Below, in pieces: positions 47,808 to 57,261 of a DNA stretch of 64,000 bases. The notes under the pieces were generated by a model, which was given only the letters and a program-made list of their open reading frames with translations, did no database searches and was not told the origin of the DNA. The translations under genes and the position numbers were made by a program. The DNA is from a virus, in IMG/VR virus record IMGVR_UViG_3300030109_006161, positions 45,250-109,249 of that record, one strand, 5' to 3'. How positions within the stretch are numbered: the stretch's first letter is position 1; the number at the start of each line of letters is the position of its first letter.

Positions 47808-48564
47808 ATAAAATTTCTCCTTGATCCTTTGAAAGTTTCTTTAGTCTTTCCAATGATTTATCTACATATTCTTTATTGAACTCACAGCCAACAAAGTTCC
47901 TATTCAAGTTATCGCAAGCGATCATGGTCGAGCCGGCACCGCTGAAACAATCCAACACAACATCACCAGGTTGAGTATGAGCTTTGATGATCCGCTCCAA
48001 AAGAGCAATCGGTTTCTGGGTCGAGTGCCAGCCGGCATACTCTTTGCTCGTCGTGTGATTATTCTTAGTCCACACATCGGTTGGGATCTTGCCTAAAGGA
48101 TTGTTCTGAGCGGTTGTTCGAATATTCTTCTTCATTTTATAAGGCACCCTTACATCATCAGCATTGAACATAAAGTCTTTGCCCTTAGAGTACATCAAGA
48201 TGTCCTCATGCTTGCGGGGGAACTTCTTTTTAGTTCTTCCGCCCCAATCATAAGCCCAGATGATCCAGTTTTGATATCGAGCACCGGGAATATTATTTAG
48301 AACATTCAGTTTATATTTTAGGAAAGTGTCAGACTTTGTAGTGCCCCAAACATAAAAACAGGAGTCATCTTTCATCACCCGAAAACACTCTTCGGTCCAC
48401 TCTTTACACCAGCTAAGATATTCTTGTTCTGAAGCCCACTGATTATCCCAGTCGTCTCGAACAATCTCAAAATATGGAGGATCGACCACAACGAGGTCAA
48501 CAGAGTTATCATCCAGTGTTTTTAAATACTTCAAGCAGTCAGCGTGCTTTAGCTCAAGCGTCAT
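47800..48564 (-). CDS. N4/N6 DNA methyltransferase (beta class)
   Basis: DPPY near N-terminus; HSTQKP, VLDCFSGAGST. Confidence 0.92.
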   Translation of the reverse strand: MTLELKHADCLKYLKTLDDNSVDLVVVDPPYFEIVRDDWDNQWASEQEYLSWCKEWTEECFRVMKDDSCFYVWGTTKSDTFLKYKLNVLNNIPGARYQNWIIWAYDWGGRTKKKFPRKHEDILMYSKGKDFMFNADDVRVPYKMKKNIRTTAQNNPLGKIPTDVWTKNNHTTSKEYAGWHSTQKPIALLERIIKAHTQPGDVVLDCFSGAGSTMIACDNLNRNFVGCEFNKEYVDKSLERLKKLSKDQGEILYV

Positions 48565-48814
48565 CTTCCCTCACAATCAGTTCAACATCAGTAGTTTCGG
48601 TATCCATCTCAATCCATACTCTGGCTCCACAACTCAGTGGTTTGTGGGGGCTATAGATGACCCTACCTAATTCTACACCATCTTTTGTTTTGATTATAGC
48701 CTCATGAGCGTAGTTATTTTCTTTATATGTTTTTACCGTCAAGACAGGTTCATCAGTACCCTGCTTGGTATTACGTTTGATGACGTGCTGGTTGACGTGG
48801 ATGATTTTCTTCAT
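48554..48814 (-). CDS. Conserved phage hypothetical protein
   Basis: IHVNQH...PVLTVK...PLSCGARVWIE. Confidence 0.65.
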   Translation of the reverse strand: MKKIIHVNQHVIKRNTKQGTDEPVLTVKTYKENNYAHEAIIKTKDGVELGRVIYSPHKPLSCGARVWIEMDTETTDVELIVREDDA

Positions 48815-48990
48815 TACGCATCTCCTATCTCTTGCCAGAATATTGGTCGGCTCCACTGAACTCCAGAGCCAGGATCCCAAAAGGCTTCTTCTTTAAGTAG
48901 TAGGTCGTAAGCCGATACACTCAACGGAGACAGCGCTGCCCAAGCCTCCGTGATGCGATCGATACGTGCGATTAGCTCTTGATTTTCCAT
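48814..48990 (-). CDS. 58-aa hypothetical protein
   Basis: Manual translation MENQELIARIDR...; SD AAGGAG. Confidence 0.6.
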   Translation of the reverse strand: MENQELIARIDRITEAWAALSPLSVSAYDLLLKEEAFWDPGSGVQWSRPIFWQEIGDA

Positions 48991-49001
48991 AGCTTTTCTC
49001 C

Positions 49002-49910
49002 TTACGCTACGATGAGTTCGCTACCAACTTCTTTGATAGCTTTGATGACTTTGTTGCCGAATCGCTTGCTCATCCACTTGCTACCCCACATGTAGACCGG
49101 CATACTGACGGGGAACTTGCTGTCACCCTCGTAGCCGTCAAGGTTCACACTGGAGCCATGAACAGGACAGAGCAGCTTGAACGAGTCGTGAGTGCCAGCA
49201 AAATAATTACTCTGCTGTTTAATGTTTCGTGGCGTTGCCACGCTGCGAGTGCGACCTTCGTGGTCTTTGATGATAATGGCCTTGCCGCCACGGAAGAGCC
49301 AATACTCAAGCACATTGCCTAAGCCGCTGCTCTCTTTAGGATCCTGATGACCGACCTGCGACCAATCAATGCCCTGAACCAGTCCGACCATATCAGTATA
49401 TTCTCTGGTGTTATAGTCAAAATCACGATACTGGATTAGAGCGCCGGGAACAACACCAGCAGCTTCAAAGCTCATCCGAGCAACCCGGTGAGCCAGAGCT
49501 TTCATCGCTCGGCACTCACGCTCGTGAGCTTCCTTAGCGGGGCAGTTGCGGCGGTTGTGACCATACTCGCCGCAGAAGCTACATTGGCGTTTTGCGCCAC
49601 GCTCTTTACGTCGGGCACGAGCAGCAAGACGCTCGCCGTGCTCTTGAAAGCGGCTGCCGTCCCAGTTGCTGATGTACTCGCCATCATCAATGTGGTGAAC
49701 TTCGTAGTAGTCGCTGACACCGTGGGCTGCCTTCTGCTTTTCTTGAAGGGGCTCAAGCCAGCTACTGCGCCAAGCTTCGGGATCAGGCTCAATGCCATAC
49801 TTAGCACAGACCTTGAGGACCTTCTCATAAGAAGCTTTGATGGCAGGACAGCCACGACGATTGTGACCGTATTGACCGCAAGCAGAACATTGATTAGTGC
49901 GATAACCCAT
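49002..49910 (-). CDS. Protein with two CCHC zinc knuckles
   Basis: CSACGQYGHNRRGC and CSFCGEYGHNRRNC. Confidence 0.8.
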   Translation of the reverse strand: MGYRTNQCSACGQYGHNRRGCPAIKASYEKVLKVCAKYGIEPDPEAWRSSWLEPLQEKQKAAHGVSDYYEVHHIDDGEYISNWDGSRFQEHGERLAARARRKERGAKRQCSFCGEYGHNRRNCPAKEAHERECRAMKALAHRVARMSFEAAGVVPGALIQYRDFDYNTREYTDMVGLVQGIDWSQVGHQDPKESSGLGNVLEYWLFRGGKAIIIKDHEGRTRSVATPRNIKQQSNYFAGTHDSFKLLCPVHGSSVNLDGYEGDSKFPVSMPVYMWGSKWMSKRFGNKVIKAIKEVGSELIVA

Positions 49911-49932
49911 AACAGTATCTCCCTTACATCTT

Positions 49933-49960
49933 ATATTACTACGGATTGGGAGTACGTCAA
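49933..49960 (-). promoter_or_regulatory. Early-type promoter
   Basis: TTGACG-16-TAATAT plus GTAAGGGAGA leader. Confidence 0.82.
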
Positions 49961-49980
49961 GTTTTAATTCGGTTTTATTT

Positions 49981-50268
49981 TTATAATCCGCCGAAATCTC
50001 GCATTAAATCGATGTACCATTCGTCAAAAGTGTTTTTGGTTTGCTGCTTTTTGCGGCGTTCTTTTTTGTAGTTAAACTTTGGAACCCAGCCCATTCGGTA
50101 CATCACTGAGCGAAGAACTCGTGGGTCCTCTTTCTTAAGTTGTTGTACGATTCTATGGGCTCGGCGACTAACCTGATTGTTGGATAGTCCACGCTTAGCA
50201 AATGCAGTAGGGGCTGCCAACTCTAATCCTAAAAGCACCACAAACAGTACAAAAAGTAACCTAGTCAT
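49981..50268 (-). CDS. Secreted basic hypothetical protein
   Basis: Signal peptide ending AFA. Confidence 0.55.
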   Translation of the reverse strand: MTRLLFVLFVVLLGLELAAPTAFAKRGLSNNQVSRRAHRIVQQLKKEDPRVLRSVMYRMGWVPKFNYKKERRKKQQTKNTFDEWYIDLMRDFGGL

Positions 50269-50606
50269 AGGTCTCTCCCTTCATTAGCGCCAGGCAATGC
50301 TTTTTCAATCTTCAAGCCGTAGAGAGCAGTATTTGGCACCACTAGTTTTCGATCAGTTTCGAGCATATGAAAAACCGTTTTAGTAGGAGTTTGGCGAATG
50401 ATTCGAGCCTTCTTGTTTCCACTGATCCATACAATATCATCAACATCAAAATCAGAACCAAACATAAACCTTAAACCGGCGGCATAGTTAGTTACAAAGT
50501 CTCTAAACAAAAACGTAACAAAAGCGATCAGGAACAGGATGCCGTAACCACCCACAAGATGCTCTGCTAGTTTAACTAATTCTTCAGCCAACCCTTCGTG
50601 ATTCAT
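50265..50606 (-). CDS. Minimal MscS-like protein (TM helix + beta domain)
   Basis: RDFVTNYAAGL..F...FDVDDIVWI...T.F....LVVPN. Confidence 0.65.
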   Translation of the reverse strand: MNHEGLAEELVKLAEHLVGGYGILFLIAFVTFLFRDFVTNYAAGLRFMFGSDFDVDDIVWISGNKKARIIRQTPTKTVFHMLETDRKLVVPNTALYGLKIEKALPGANEGRDL

Positions 50607-50627
50607 TAGATGCTCCTTCGGTCGGCA

Positions 50628-50852
50628 TTATTTATGCATACCCTTTTTCTTTTCTTCCTCTAAACCTTTCCTCAACAATTCACCAACGCTGGGTCCTCTG
50701 TCCTCCGGGACAAGCTCAGCGGCACATGTTGGACAGTGAAAAAGTTTGCCCTCCGGAAGCTCTAGTCGAATATCACACTTATCCACAAAGCCATTGTTTT
50801 TTTTGATTTTGTTTTCTAAATCTGCCGAACACACATAGTATTGTAAACTCAT
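50628..50852 (-). CDS. Small Zn-ribbon protein
   Basis: C...C and CPTC. Confidence 0.5.
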   Translation of the reverse strand: MSLQYYVCSADLENKIKKNNGFVDKCDIRLELPEGKLFHCPTCAAELVPEDRGPSVGELLRKGLEEEKKKGMHK

Positions 50853-51145
50853 TTTTTCTCACCTTTTCTCTGTTTATAAAGAGCCATGAGGGCTGTTGTT
50901 AGGTTGCCAACCGTGATGTGTCCGCAGATCACCATGGTTGCTAAAGTGTCCCCATTGACTACTATCATATATAGGGCGGCTATCGACCCAATGATAAAGA
51001 AAGCAAACTGCGATGGTACATTGATAGCATCGGCTGTCTCGGACCTCCACACGGTGAGGAGATGAGGGATATACACAAAGAAGGTAAGTAGCTGTGATAT
51101 GCCATAAGCGTAGGTAAGATACTCAGCCATGGTTGCGGTTACCAT
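50849..51145 (-). CDS. PQ-loop/SemiSWEET-like 3-TM protein
   Basis: YIPHLLTVWRS..A.AIN, three hydrophobic helices. Confidence 0.6.
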   Translation of the reverse strand: MVTATMAEYLTYAYGISQLLTFFVYIPHLLTVWRSETADAINVPSQFAFFIIGSIAALYMIVVNGDTLATMVICGHITVGNLTTALMALYKQRKGEKK

Positions 51146-51377
51146 AAACGTAGTCGCAAACCATCACTCCTTCCTCTACCTCACGCTGGATATTGGGATC
51201 ATCATAATGTCGTGCTTTCACATAACTTAAAGCAATACATAGACGCTCAAATTTCTTCATGCTCTTATTGCGAAGGTCTAGTGCAGCCTGGCATACATCC
51301 TGGCACTCTTTTGGTACGTCTTTGATCGGAGTCGCAGCGCAGCCGACAGCGAACAAAAACATCAATGATCTAATCAT
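51123..51377 (-). CDS. Putative lipoprotein
   Basis: Lipobox AVGC. Confidence 0.55.
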   Translation of the reverse strand: MIRSLMFLFAVGCAATPIKDVPKECQDVCQAALDLRNKSMKKFERLCIALSYVKARHYDDPNIQREVEEGVMVCDYVYGNRNHG

Positions 51378-51379
51378 GC

Positions 51380-51574
51380 TTAGTCTCCTAAATAATCTCT
51401 GATAAGCCGTTGCGGAGCATAGTACAGATCCCCACTCACTAACACCTCAGCAACTCTCAAAAACCTATCAAATTTAACTACTAAACCTATCTTCCAGTCT
51501 TTATCTAGTTCGGATGTTTTGAACCTCACCAGTTGTCCTGCTTGCCACATTGCTTTGGTCTCCCACGAGTTCAA
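51380..51574 (-). CDS. SH3/KOW-like microprotein
   Basis: WQAGQLVRF...IGLVV; start uncertain. Confidence 0.55.
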   Translation of the reverse strand: MNSWETKAMWQAGQLVRFKTSELDKDWKIGLVVKFDRFLRVAEVLVSGDLYYAPQRLIRDYLGD

Positions 51575-51875
51575 AATACTTATCGGCTATAACAGATTTA
51601 CAAAACCAAATCTCATTACCGACCTGAACTCGATAGCCCATGGGCTGGTCGAGACGATTATTGACAACATTGACGATCAACGCAACTTTTCCTTCGTACA
51701 ACTTATAAAACTTTTCAAAACTATGATGGTAGTGTTCTGCCGCTGGCGTAGGACACTCTCTTAGCCAAGTATCCTTGGCGGCACCAACCTGTGTGCCCCG
51801 GCTGCCTAAAGTCCAGTCGTTGACACTCTTGACATGTACTATCATGCCGGCTCTATAATTAGTCTTCAGCGTCAT
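51501..51875 (-). CDS. Hypothetical protein (SH3-like with insert)
   Basis: YRAGMIVHV...KVALIV...YRVQV. Confidence 0.55.
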   Translation of the reverse strand: MTLKTNYRAGMIVHVKSVNDWTLGSRGTQVGAAKDTWLRECPTPAAEHYHHSFEKFYKLYEGKVALIVNVVNNRLDQPMGYRVQVGNEIWFCKSVIADKYFELVGDQSNVASRTTGEVQNIRTR

Positions 51876-52143
51876 TATTTTTCGTTTTTAAGAATGACTG
51901 GAGCATGTTCGAGAAATTATAAAGTTGTGTCCCCATCTCGCCTGATAGTTCTACTGTCTCTGCTAAAACCTCAGGATCCAGAGCATCTTCCATGGCTCGG
52001 CGATAGCCCAGGTCAACTAATTCCTCAACAAACCTTTGAGTTTCCTGCGGAAGGTCTCCGTATTGCGTGGAAAGATTCATCAAGTCCTTTGTTACACTGT
52101 CCACTTCATCTTCGAAAATTTGTTGATAATTGATTATAGTCAT
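51859..52143 (-). CDS. Hypothetical protein
   Basis: ORF track; SD GAGGAG. Confidence 0.6.
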   Translation of the reverse strand: MTIINYQQIFEDEVDSVTKDLMNLSTQYGDLPQETQRFVEELVDLGYRRAMEDALDPEVLAETVELSGEMGTQLYNFSNMLQSFLKTKNNDAED

Positions 52144-52167
52144 AGTTTTCTCCTCATCTTGACTTTC

Positions 52168-52659
52168 TTAAGTATATAGGACTGTACGCCCTTCGTTTAG
52201 TTCTTTTAGCACGGAGTTTCTTTTTGTCACAGCTTCCTCAAGCGTGGCATAACCTCCAAACCATCTCTGTTTTCCATCGAGTTTAATATATGGATAATAT
52301 CTGTTTCGTATTTTTCTTACGCCTACAGCACCAGTCGTGTTGTTCTTATTTAGTTTAACCCGGTTGAGTCCATTTTCTGACTGGGAGACAAACCTTAGAT
52401 TTTCTTTTCTGTTGTCTAGTGTATCGCCGTTCTTGTGATCGACAATCTCACCCTTCTTTGCGTTCATGATCAGTCGATGAAAATAATACTCAAAGTCCTT
52501 GGCTGCATTTCGCTTAGTACGGCGGACATAGAATATACCTCGCCCATGGTCATTCCACACATGCCAGCTTTGTCTCTCAAGAAGATGTAGATCTTCTTTG
52601 TCAACTAAGATCTCTTTCTCACCGAATGTTGGTGACACTATAATATGTCTTTCAAACAT
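52168..52659 (-). mobile_element. HNH-AP2 homing endonuclease gene
   Basis: FHRLIM...VDHKNGDTLDNRKENLR; NTTGAVGV...GGYATLEEA. Confidence 0.88.
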
Positions 52660-52933
52660 TTTTTTCTCCACGATACGGCTCAATCTCATGACCGTACATC
52701 CAATATCTTTTGTTGCCTACAAATTCAACCAGAAACTGCCTTGGTCTGTCAGTCTTTGGTCGCTCGATAATAATTCCCACGGTGCCCGCTTCGACTATAG
52801 TCTTGTGAGATAAGTCCGGCACTGGGTGGACCCCAGGTGCTCTGATTTGTACCGGCACAGAATGAACCTTCATAGGAGTAATGACTAGTGTACCCACAGC
52901 CAATACTAGTGATTCACGTATTTCGATCGGCAT
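52652..52933 (-). CDS. Hypothetical protein (SH3-like)
   Basis: LAVGTLV...VGIIIE...FLVEF. Confidence 0.55.
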   Translation of the reverse strand: MPIEIRESLVLAVGTLVITPMKVHSVPVQIRAPGVHPVPDLSHKTIVEAGTVGIIIERPKTDRPRQFLVEFVGNKRYWMYGHEIEPYRGEKNV

Positions 52934-53398
52934 ATTTTTGCAAGACTTCGTAGAGTCTTTGTGGCGTCAGGTCGTTGTAGTGGTAAAGGTTGTCAATTGC
53001 TCCTGCCAGCCTCAAGGCATATGCTATCCACTCAGAACAATACCAGCGACCTGTGCGCTTTATAAAGAATGGCGTAAACTTAGACAGGATCATTCCAGGC
53101 CAATCATAGCCATCACCCTTCGTATCATCAAAGAATTTTTCTATGGTTTCCAGTTGCTCGTCGGAGACAGGTACGCAAATCATGTCGTAGTCTTCTTCAG
53201 GTTCATCAAAAGGTTTCCTGCGTATGCCTGCCGTACCAAAAGGAGTAATACTGATACAAGTTTGATCGGGCATAATAAGTTCTGCATGGGAGTAGTTGCT
53301 TTTAGTGGTCCAGCGGACAATCTGATTGTGCCAATGTCCCTCACCTTTGTAAAAGGCTACACAAAGTTGCTGTGGTTTTGCTCTTTCAGTTACCCCAT
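52914..53398 (-). CDS. Permuted papain-like (NlpC/P60, YiiX-type) amidase; start codon out of frame
   Basis: VAFYKG...RWTTKSNYSHAEL, GYDW.G, WYCSEW; frame open to ~53408 with no in-frame ATG/GTG/TTG before the His. Confidence 0.7.
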
Positions 53399-53479
53399 AG
53401 TATAATAATTATGCTTCCAATATCTTATTACGGAAAAAAATTTGGCGACGGCTGCGCCTTCTTGCGCCCTGAGATATAT

Positions 53480-53728
53480 CTATGAGGTGCCCTCGGGTCC
53501 AAAGACCTCCATCGCCAACTCGGTGGACGCTCGGTCCAACTCTCTCCCTGCTTTTTCTAATACCTCTTCCAAAAGGTGAAGTGTGACCTCCGCCTTGCAG
53601 CCGGGCTCGAACTCGTGTGCGAGGTCTTTTGCCTTGACTACCCATCCGATTGTGTCTTCGAGGCGTCCGCTCGCTTCCGTGAAGGAGGTGAATGTTTTAT
53701 CGATAAGTCTTCCGGGTCTAGTAGCCAT
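53480..53728 (-). CDS. Hypothetical protein
   Basis: SD AAGGAG; TTGCTA-16-TATAAT promoter at 53781-53754. Confidence 0.6.
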   Translation of the reverse strand: MATRPGRLIDKTFTSFTEASGRLEDTIGWVVKAKDLAHEFEPGCKAEVTLHLLEEVLEKAGRELDRASTELAMEVFGPEGTS

Positions 53729-53967
53729 GGGAGGCTCCTTTCTTTATGTCATTATTATATTACGAAAGAAGAAAATAGCAAGTTATAAATCCACCTAGAA
53801 AGAACAAAGGATAAAGATACCGACTTATCAGCGCCCGGCGGTACCAAAACCCCGTCGCCATTGTCAACTCAATAACAATGAGTCTCAAAGCTGCCGGATC
53901 CTCTTCGGACAATAAGCCTTCAAGCACAGCCTGTGCTTCGGCTTCGTTAATTTCGGGTGGGATCATC

Positions 53968-54330
53968 CTACTTTTCCTTCAGCCACTTTGGGTCTTTTAC
54001 TTTAGCAGCGCCTTTTTTAATCTTTAGAAGTTTAGCTACGGGTGGGATATGCATCCAATCAACCCGATACGTTCCTTCAAAGTCTCCTATTTGGTGTGGT
54101 TGGCAGCCAAGCTTTTGAAGCTTTCTATTGAGGTATGTAAACTGTCTTTGTGTTTCCCTAGTTACATACAGTCCAATGGATCCCGTTTCAAAGTTACAAT
54201 AAAATTGATCCTCTTTAAATTTACCGATCGCTCGGGCAATAGGTAAGCCGTCTCCCGCTTCCCTAAGTCTAAGTCGGTTGTTGCGGCAAAAGACTTTAAA
54301 GTCATCAATATATTTTTGTGCCTTACTCAT
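53968..54330 (-). CDS. Hypothetical basic protein
   Basis: ORF track. Confidence 0.6.
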   Translation of the reverse strand: MSKAQKYIDDFKVFCRNNRLRLREAGDGLPIARAIGKFKEDQFYCNFETGSIGLYVTRETQRQFTYLNRKLQKLGCQPHQIGDFEGTYRVDWMHIPPVAKLLKIKKGAAKVKDPKWLKEK

Positions 54331-54604
54331 TGTTTTATCCTTTCACGATAAACAGGCTTTAGTATTTCTTTCGGACATTCTCCGAATCAACCATGATAAA
54401 GTTCTATTATTATTGATAATTTCATTCTTGAAATATGGATTGTTACGGGTCAGCGGATAATAATAATTTACCCACAATAACCAATCTTCAAACACAACAG
54501 GTTCCAAAAAAGATCTCTCAAGCTCGGTGCAGGTTTCTCCGTATGTAAAACCATTCTCGGCACACATATATAGGCAGCGCCTTCTTTGAACCATATTCTT
54601 CATA

Positions 54605-55066
54605 TTACCTCGTATACATGTCAGCTATGTCAGCAGCCCAAGCGTCAGGTTTTACCAGTACGGGATAGCCCATCCCCTTTATCATACCCATTATAACATC
54701 GATAGTTACATTACTTAAGGCGTCTTTCTTTGGGTTGACGTCAGAATGTATTGTCGGACGCTTGCCAGTTATCTCCACAAGAATATTAGCCACCTCCAGA
54801 GACACAAAGGTTTCATGAAAAAGTCGGTCTCTCATTGATGGGAACACACTAGTTCTACATTTCTGATAAGCCACAACAGCACCTTTACCCTTTTCTCTAA
54901 AACAAATGGTAGTGATCACTGTGACGTAATCAGAGTTAGGTTTTGTATCGGTACCTACATGCATCGAGTACCTATCAGATTTGCTGTAGCGATTGATATA
55001 TTCCCTGATATTAGCGATGGGTTCGCCATTCAAATCTTGCCAGGGATGTTCGTCTAGTATATTCAC
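54605..55066 (-). CDS. RNase H-like YkuK (DUF458) family protein
   Basis: HVGTD, RLFHET..SLEVA, IHSDVN, KPDAWAA..AD. Confidence 0.82.
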   Translation of the reverse strand: MNILDEHPWQDLNGEPIANIREYINRYSKSDRYSMHVGTDTKPNSDYVTVITTICFREKGKGAVVAYQKCRTSVFPSMRDRLFHETFVSLEVANILVEITGKRPTIHSDVNPKKDALSNVTIDVIMGMIKGMGYPVLVKPDAWAADIADMYTR

Positions 55067-55169
55067 TAGTCCTCAATCAATGCTTTAGCTGCCATTGTTA
55101 CTGCAATGACACCTAAAAAAACTAAACCAACGGTAGTGTTCCAAACAATTTGTGCGCCCTTATCAAGCA

Positions 55170-55400
55170 TCACCAAGATCCCCCATAGGGACCTGTCCTT
55201 TTTCTTGGTGTATTGAGATCGATCGATCTTTCGAGCAACTCAATTACCTGAGTCGTAAGCTCTTCGACTGTGTTAGCATCCTTAATACAAGTAGTTCTGA
55301 TCTGCGCAATTGCTTCCTCGTCCAAGACCAGAGTTAGTTTTAGACTTTTAGTAAGAGCGTTGTACTCAGGCTCAAAGGCTTCGATGACTCTAGTCTTCAT
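55170..55400 (-). CDS. Hypothetical protein
   Basis: Start MKTRV with SD GGAGG. Confidence 0.55.
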   Translation of the reverse strand: MKTRVIEAFEPEYNALTKSLKLTLVLDEEAIAQIRTTCIKDANTVEELTTQVIELLERSIDLNTPRKRTGPYGGSW

Positions 55401-55562
55401 AATAATCCTCCAGTTGCTGTTCCACAGCGTGAAGGCGGATAAGCATGTAAATAAAAGCAGCCACATACCCAAAAGTAAATCCGGTGACAGTATCCATGTA
55501 AAAATCGAACCCGGTACATGCTGCCAAGAAAATCAATGAAAAATAATAAAAACTTAAGTACT

Positions 55563-55895
55563 TTAGTTTTGTTCTAGCGAGATCCCGCATTGTCTCAACC
55601 TCCTTAATGCATCCTCAACATTATCTGATAAATTTGTCAACTTAGTTAGTTGCTTCTTTGTCAACAAAACAAGATTTGTCTCTTCATCTACTTCATTAGT
55701 GGACAACTCTATTGTCATATATTCAAGTTGGCGAGACAGGGCGACGACGGCAAACGAGTATTCCACTGCATCTGGTATCCGATATTCTTGATCCGGTAAC
55801 TCTACCAGGCTACACAAAAAATCTAAGTCTCTTTCTGTTTTATCAATGCCGAACAATAGCGTATCTAAGTTCATGCCATAAGTTTTAGCGCTCAT
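55563..55895 (-). CDS. Hypothetical protein
   Basis: ORF track. Confidence 0.55.
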   Translation of the reverse strand: MSAKTYGMNLDTLLFGIDKTERDLDFLCSLVELPDQEYRIPDAVEYSFAVVALSRQLEYMTIELSTNEVDEETNLVLLTKKQLTKLTNLSDNVEDALRRLRQCGISLEQN

Positions 55896-56398
55896 TTTAC
55901 TCTCCGCTCAGACCAACTGGGGTATTTCCTTTTGTATCTTTTCCGTCGCTGCTCGACCCGGCGGGCATATGACACTATCTTATCTATGTTTTTAGATTTC
56001 ATCCACGCAGGTCCACCGTTGTAGCAAGCGAATAAATTAACACCCACACACGTCTTGTAAAGGCGCATTTCTTTTAGAACAACCACCGCAGCGACTGTAG
56101 CGTGAACGGGATCATTCATATCTTTCTCAAACTGTTTATAGGATTCATAACGCCAGATTCTTTTCCCCCAGAATCGCCAGTTGATCTGAAAGATGCCGAC
56201 ATCACCAGTGTGAGATCTCTGACCTTTGCGAATACCTGACTCCTGAAAAGCTATTGACATGAGAACATAGGGGTCCTCACCAAGACGGGCTGCTTCTTTT
56301 ATTATTACCGAAGAAATTTCTTTTTGCTCCGCATTAAAATTAGCAGGATATCCCGTAGACACCAACGTGGAGACAAGTATGATAAACTTCTCGATCAT
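55892..56398 (-). CDS. Lytic transglycosylase (SLT domain)
   Basis: IAFQES, GIFQIN, ACYNGG. Confidence 0.85.
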   Translation of the reverse strand: MIEKFIILVSTLVSTGYPANFNAEQKEISSVIIKEAARLGEDPYVLMSIAFQESGIRKGQRSHTGDVGIFQINWRFWGKRIWRYESYKQFEKDMNDPVHATVAAVVVLKEMRLYKTCVGVNLFACYNGGPAWMKSKNIDKIVSYARRVEQRRKRYKRKYPSWSERRVK

Positions 56399-56997
56399 TC
56401 GAAATCAATATCCACGTCTACTTTCACTGTCATCCTGGGAACCCTGATATGATTTACTAGACCATGGCGTTTAGCCTCGGAGGCGTCCATAAACCAATCA
56501 GCGTGCTTCTTGTTAAACACTTTCTTTTTAAAGTAATCATCTTTTTTGCCGCAATTGCGAGCCATCATCGTAAAGATCTTTTCATCAAGGCGATCTGCCT
56601 CGGCAACATCAGCTTTAAGCTCTTCGATCTTCCCACGTCCGCCGCTGCTTACATCATGAATCATAATGGTAGCGTCTTCGTCAGCAAAGCGCATACCTTG
56701 TTCGCCAAAAGAAAGAAGAACAGCGCCGCATGACATAGCCTTACCCTCTACGATCGTAGCGACTGGGATCTCCGATGATTTGATAGCTGAAATCATAGAC
56801 ATCAGCGAATATACTTGTCCGCCATAAGAGTCAATGACTACCGGTACAACTTTCTGTCCTGTGCTCTGAGCGGCTGCCATCTTGGAATTAAAATCTTGGG
56901 CTGCCTTTTCGTCAAACTTGTTTACACGAATAATAACAGGCTGGTGTTTTAACTCAAAATCTTTTAGCAGCGGTGAAAACTCTGTCTTCCATAGCAT
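56395..56997 (-). CDS. clpP: ClpP-family protease
   Basis: IDSYGGQV, GKAMSCGA (Ser), IMIHD (His), DWFM..EA...GLV (Asp). Confidence 0.88.
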   Translation of the reverse strand: MLWKTEFSPLLKDFELKHQPVIIRVNKFDEKAAQDFNSKMAAAQSTGQKVVPVVIDSYGGQVYSLMSMISAIKSSEIPVATIVEGKAMSCGAVLLSFGEQGMRFADEDATIMIHDVSSGGRGKIEELKADVAEADRLDEKIFTMMARNCGKKDDYFKKKVFNKKHADWFMDASEAKRHGLVNHIRVPRMTVKVDVDIDFE

Positions 56998-57003
56998 ATT
57001 ATC

Positions 57004-57261
57004 TTACCCTCTCAGTAATTGCTTGCCCTTTTTTAAATACTCTTGGAGGTCCGTAAAGCCTCCAATAAACTTTTCTCGCCCCTCAGTGATCTCAACCACT
57101 ACTGGGACTGTTTGCCAATTGTATGTATTTTTTATTTCTGTTAGTAGTTCTGGTTGGTTGTCTAATCCATAACACTCAAAGTCATGCTGATTCTCAGACA
57201 ATAACTTAATAGCTGCATGGCAAAAAGGACAACTCGTCTTCGTATACAATCTAAACTTCAC
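57004..57261 (-). CDS. Glutaredoxin
   Basis: CPFC, TVP, IGGFTDL. Confidence 0.92.
   Translation of the reverse strand: MKFRLYTKTSCPFCHAAIKLLSENQHDFECYGLDNQPELLTEIKNTYNWQTVPVVVEITEGREKFIGGFTDLQEYLKKGKQLLRG

Noticed and set aside
53409-53645. 78-aa Arg/Gly-rich minus-strand ORF
   Set aside because: Alternative frame overlapping 53480-53728, which has the SD and promoter
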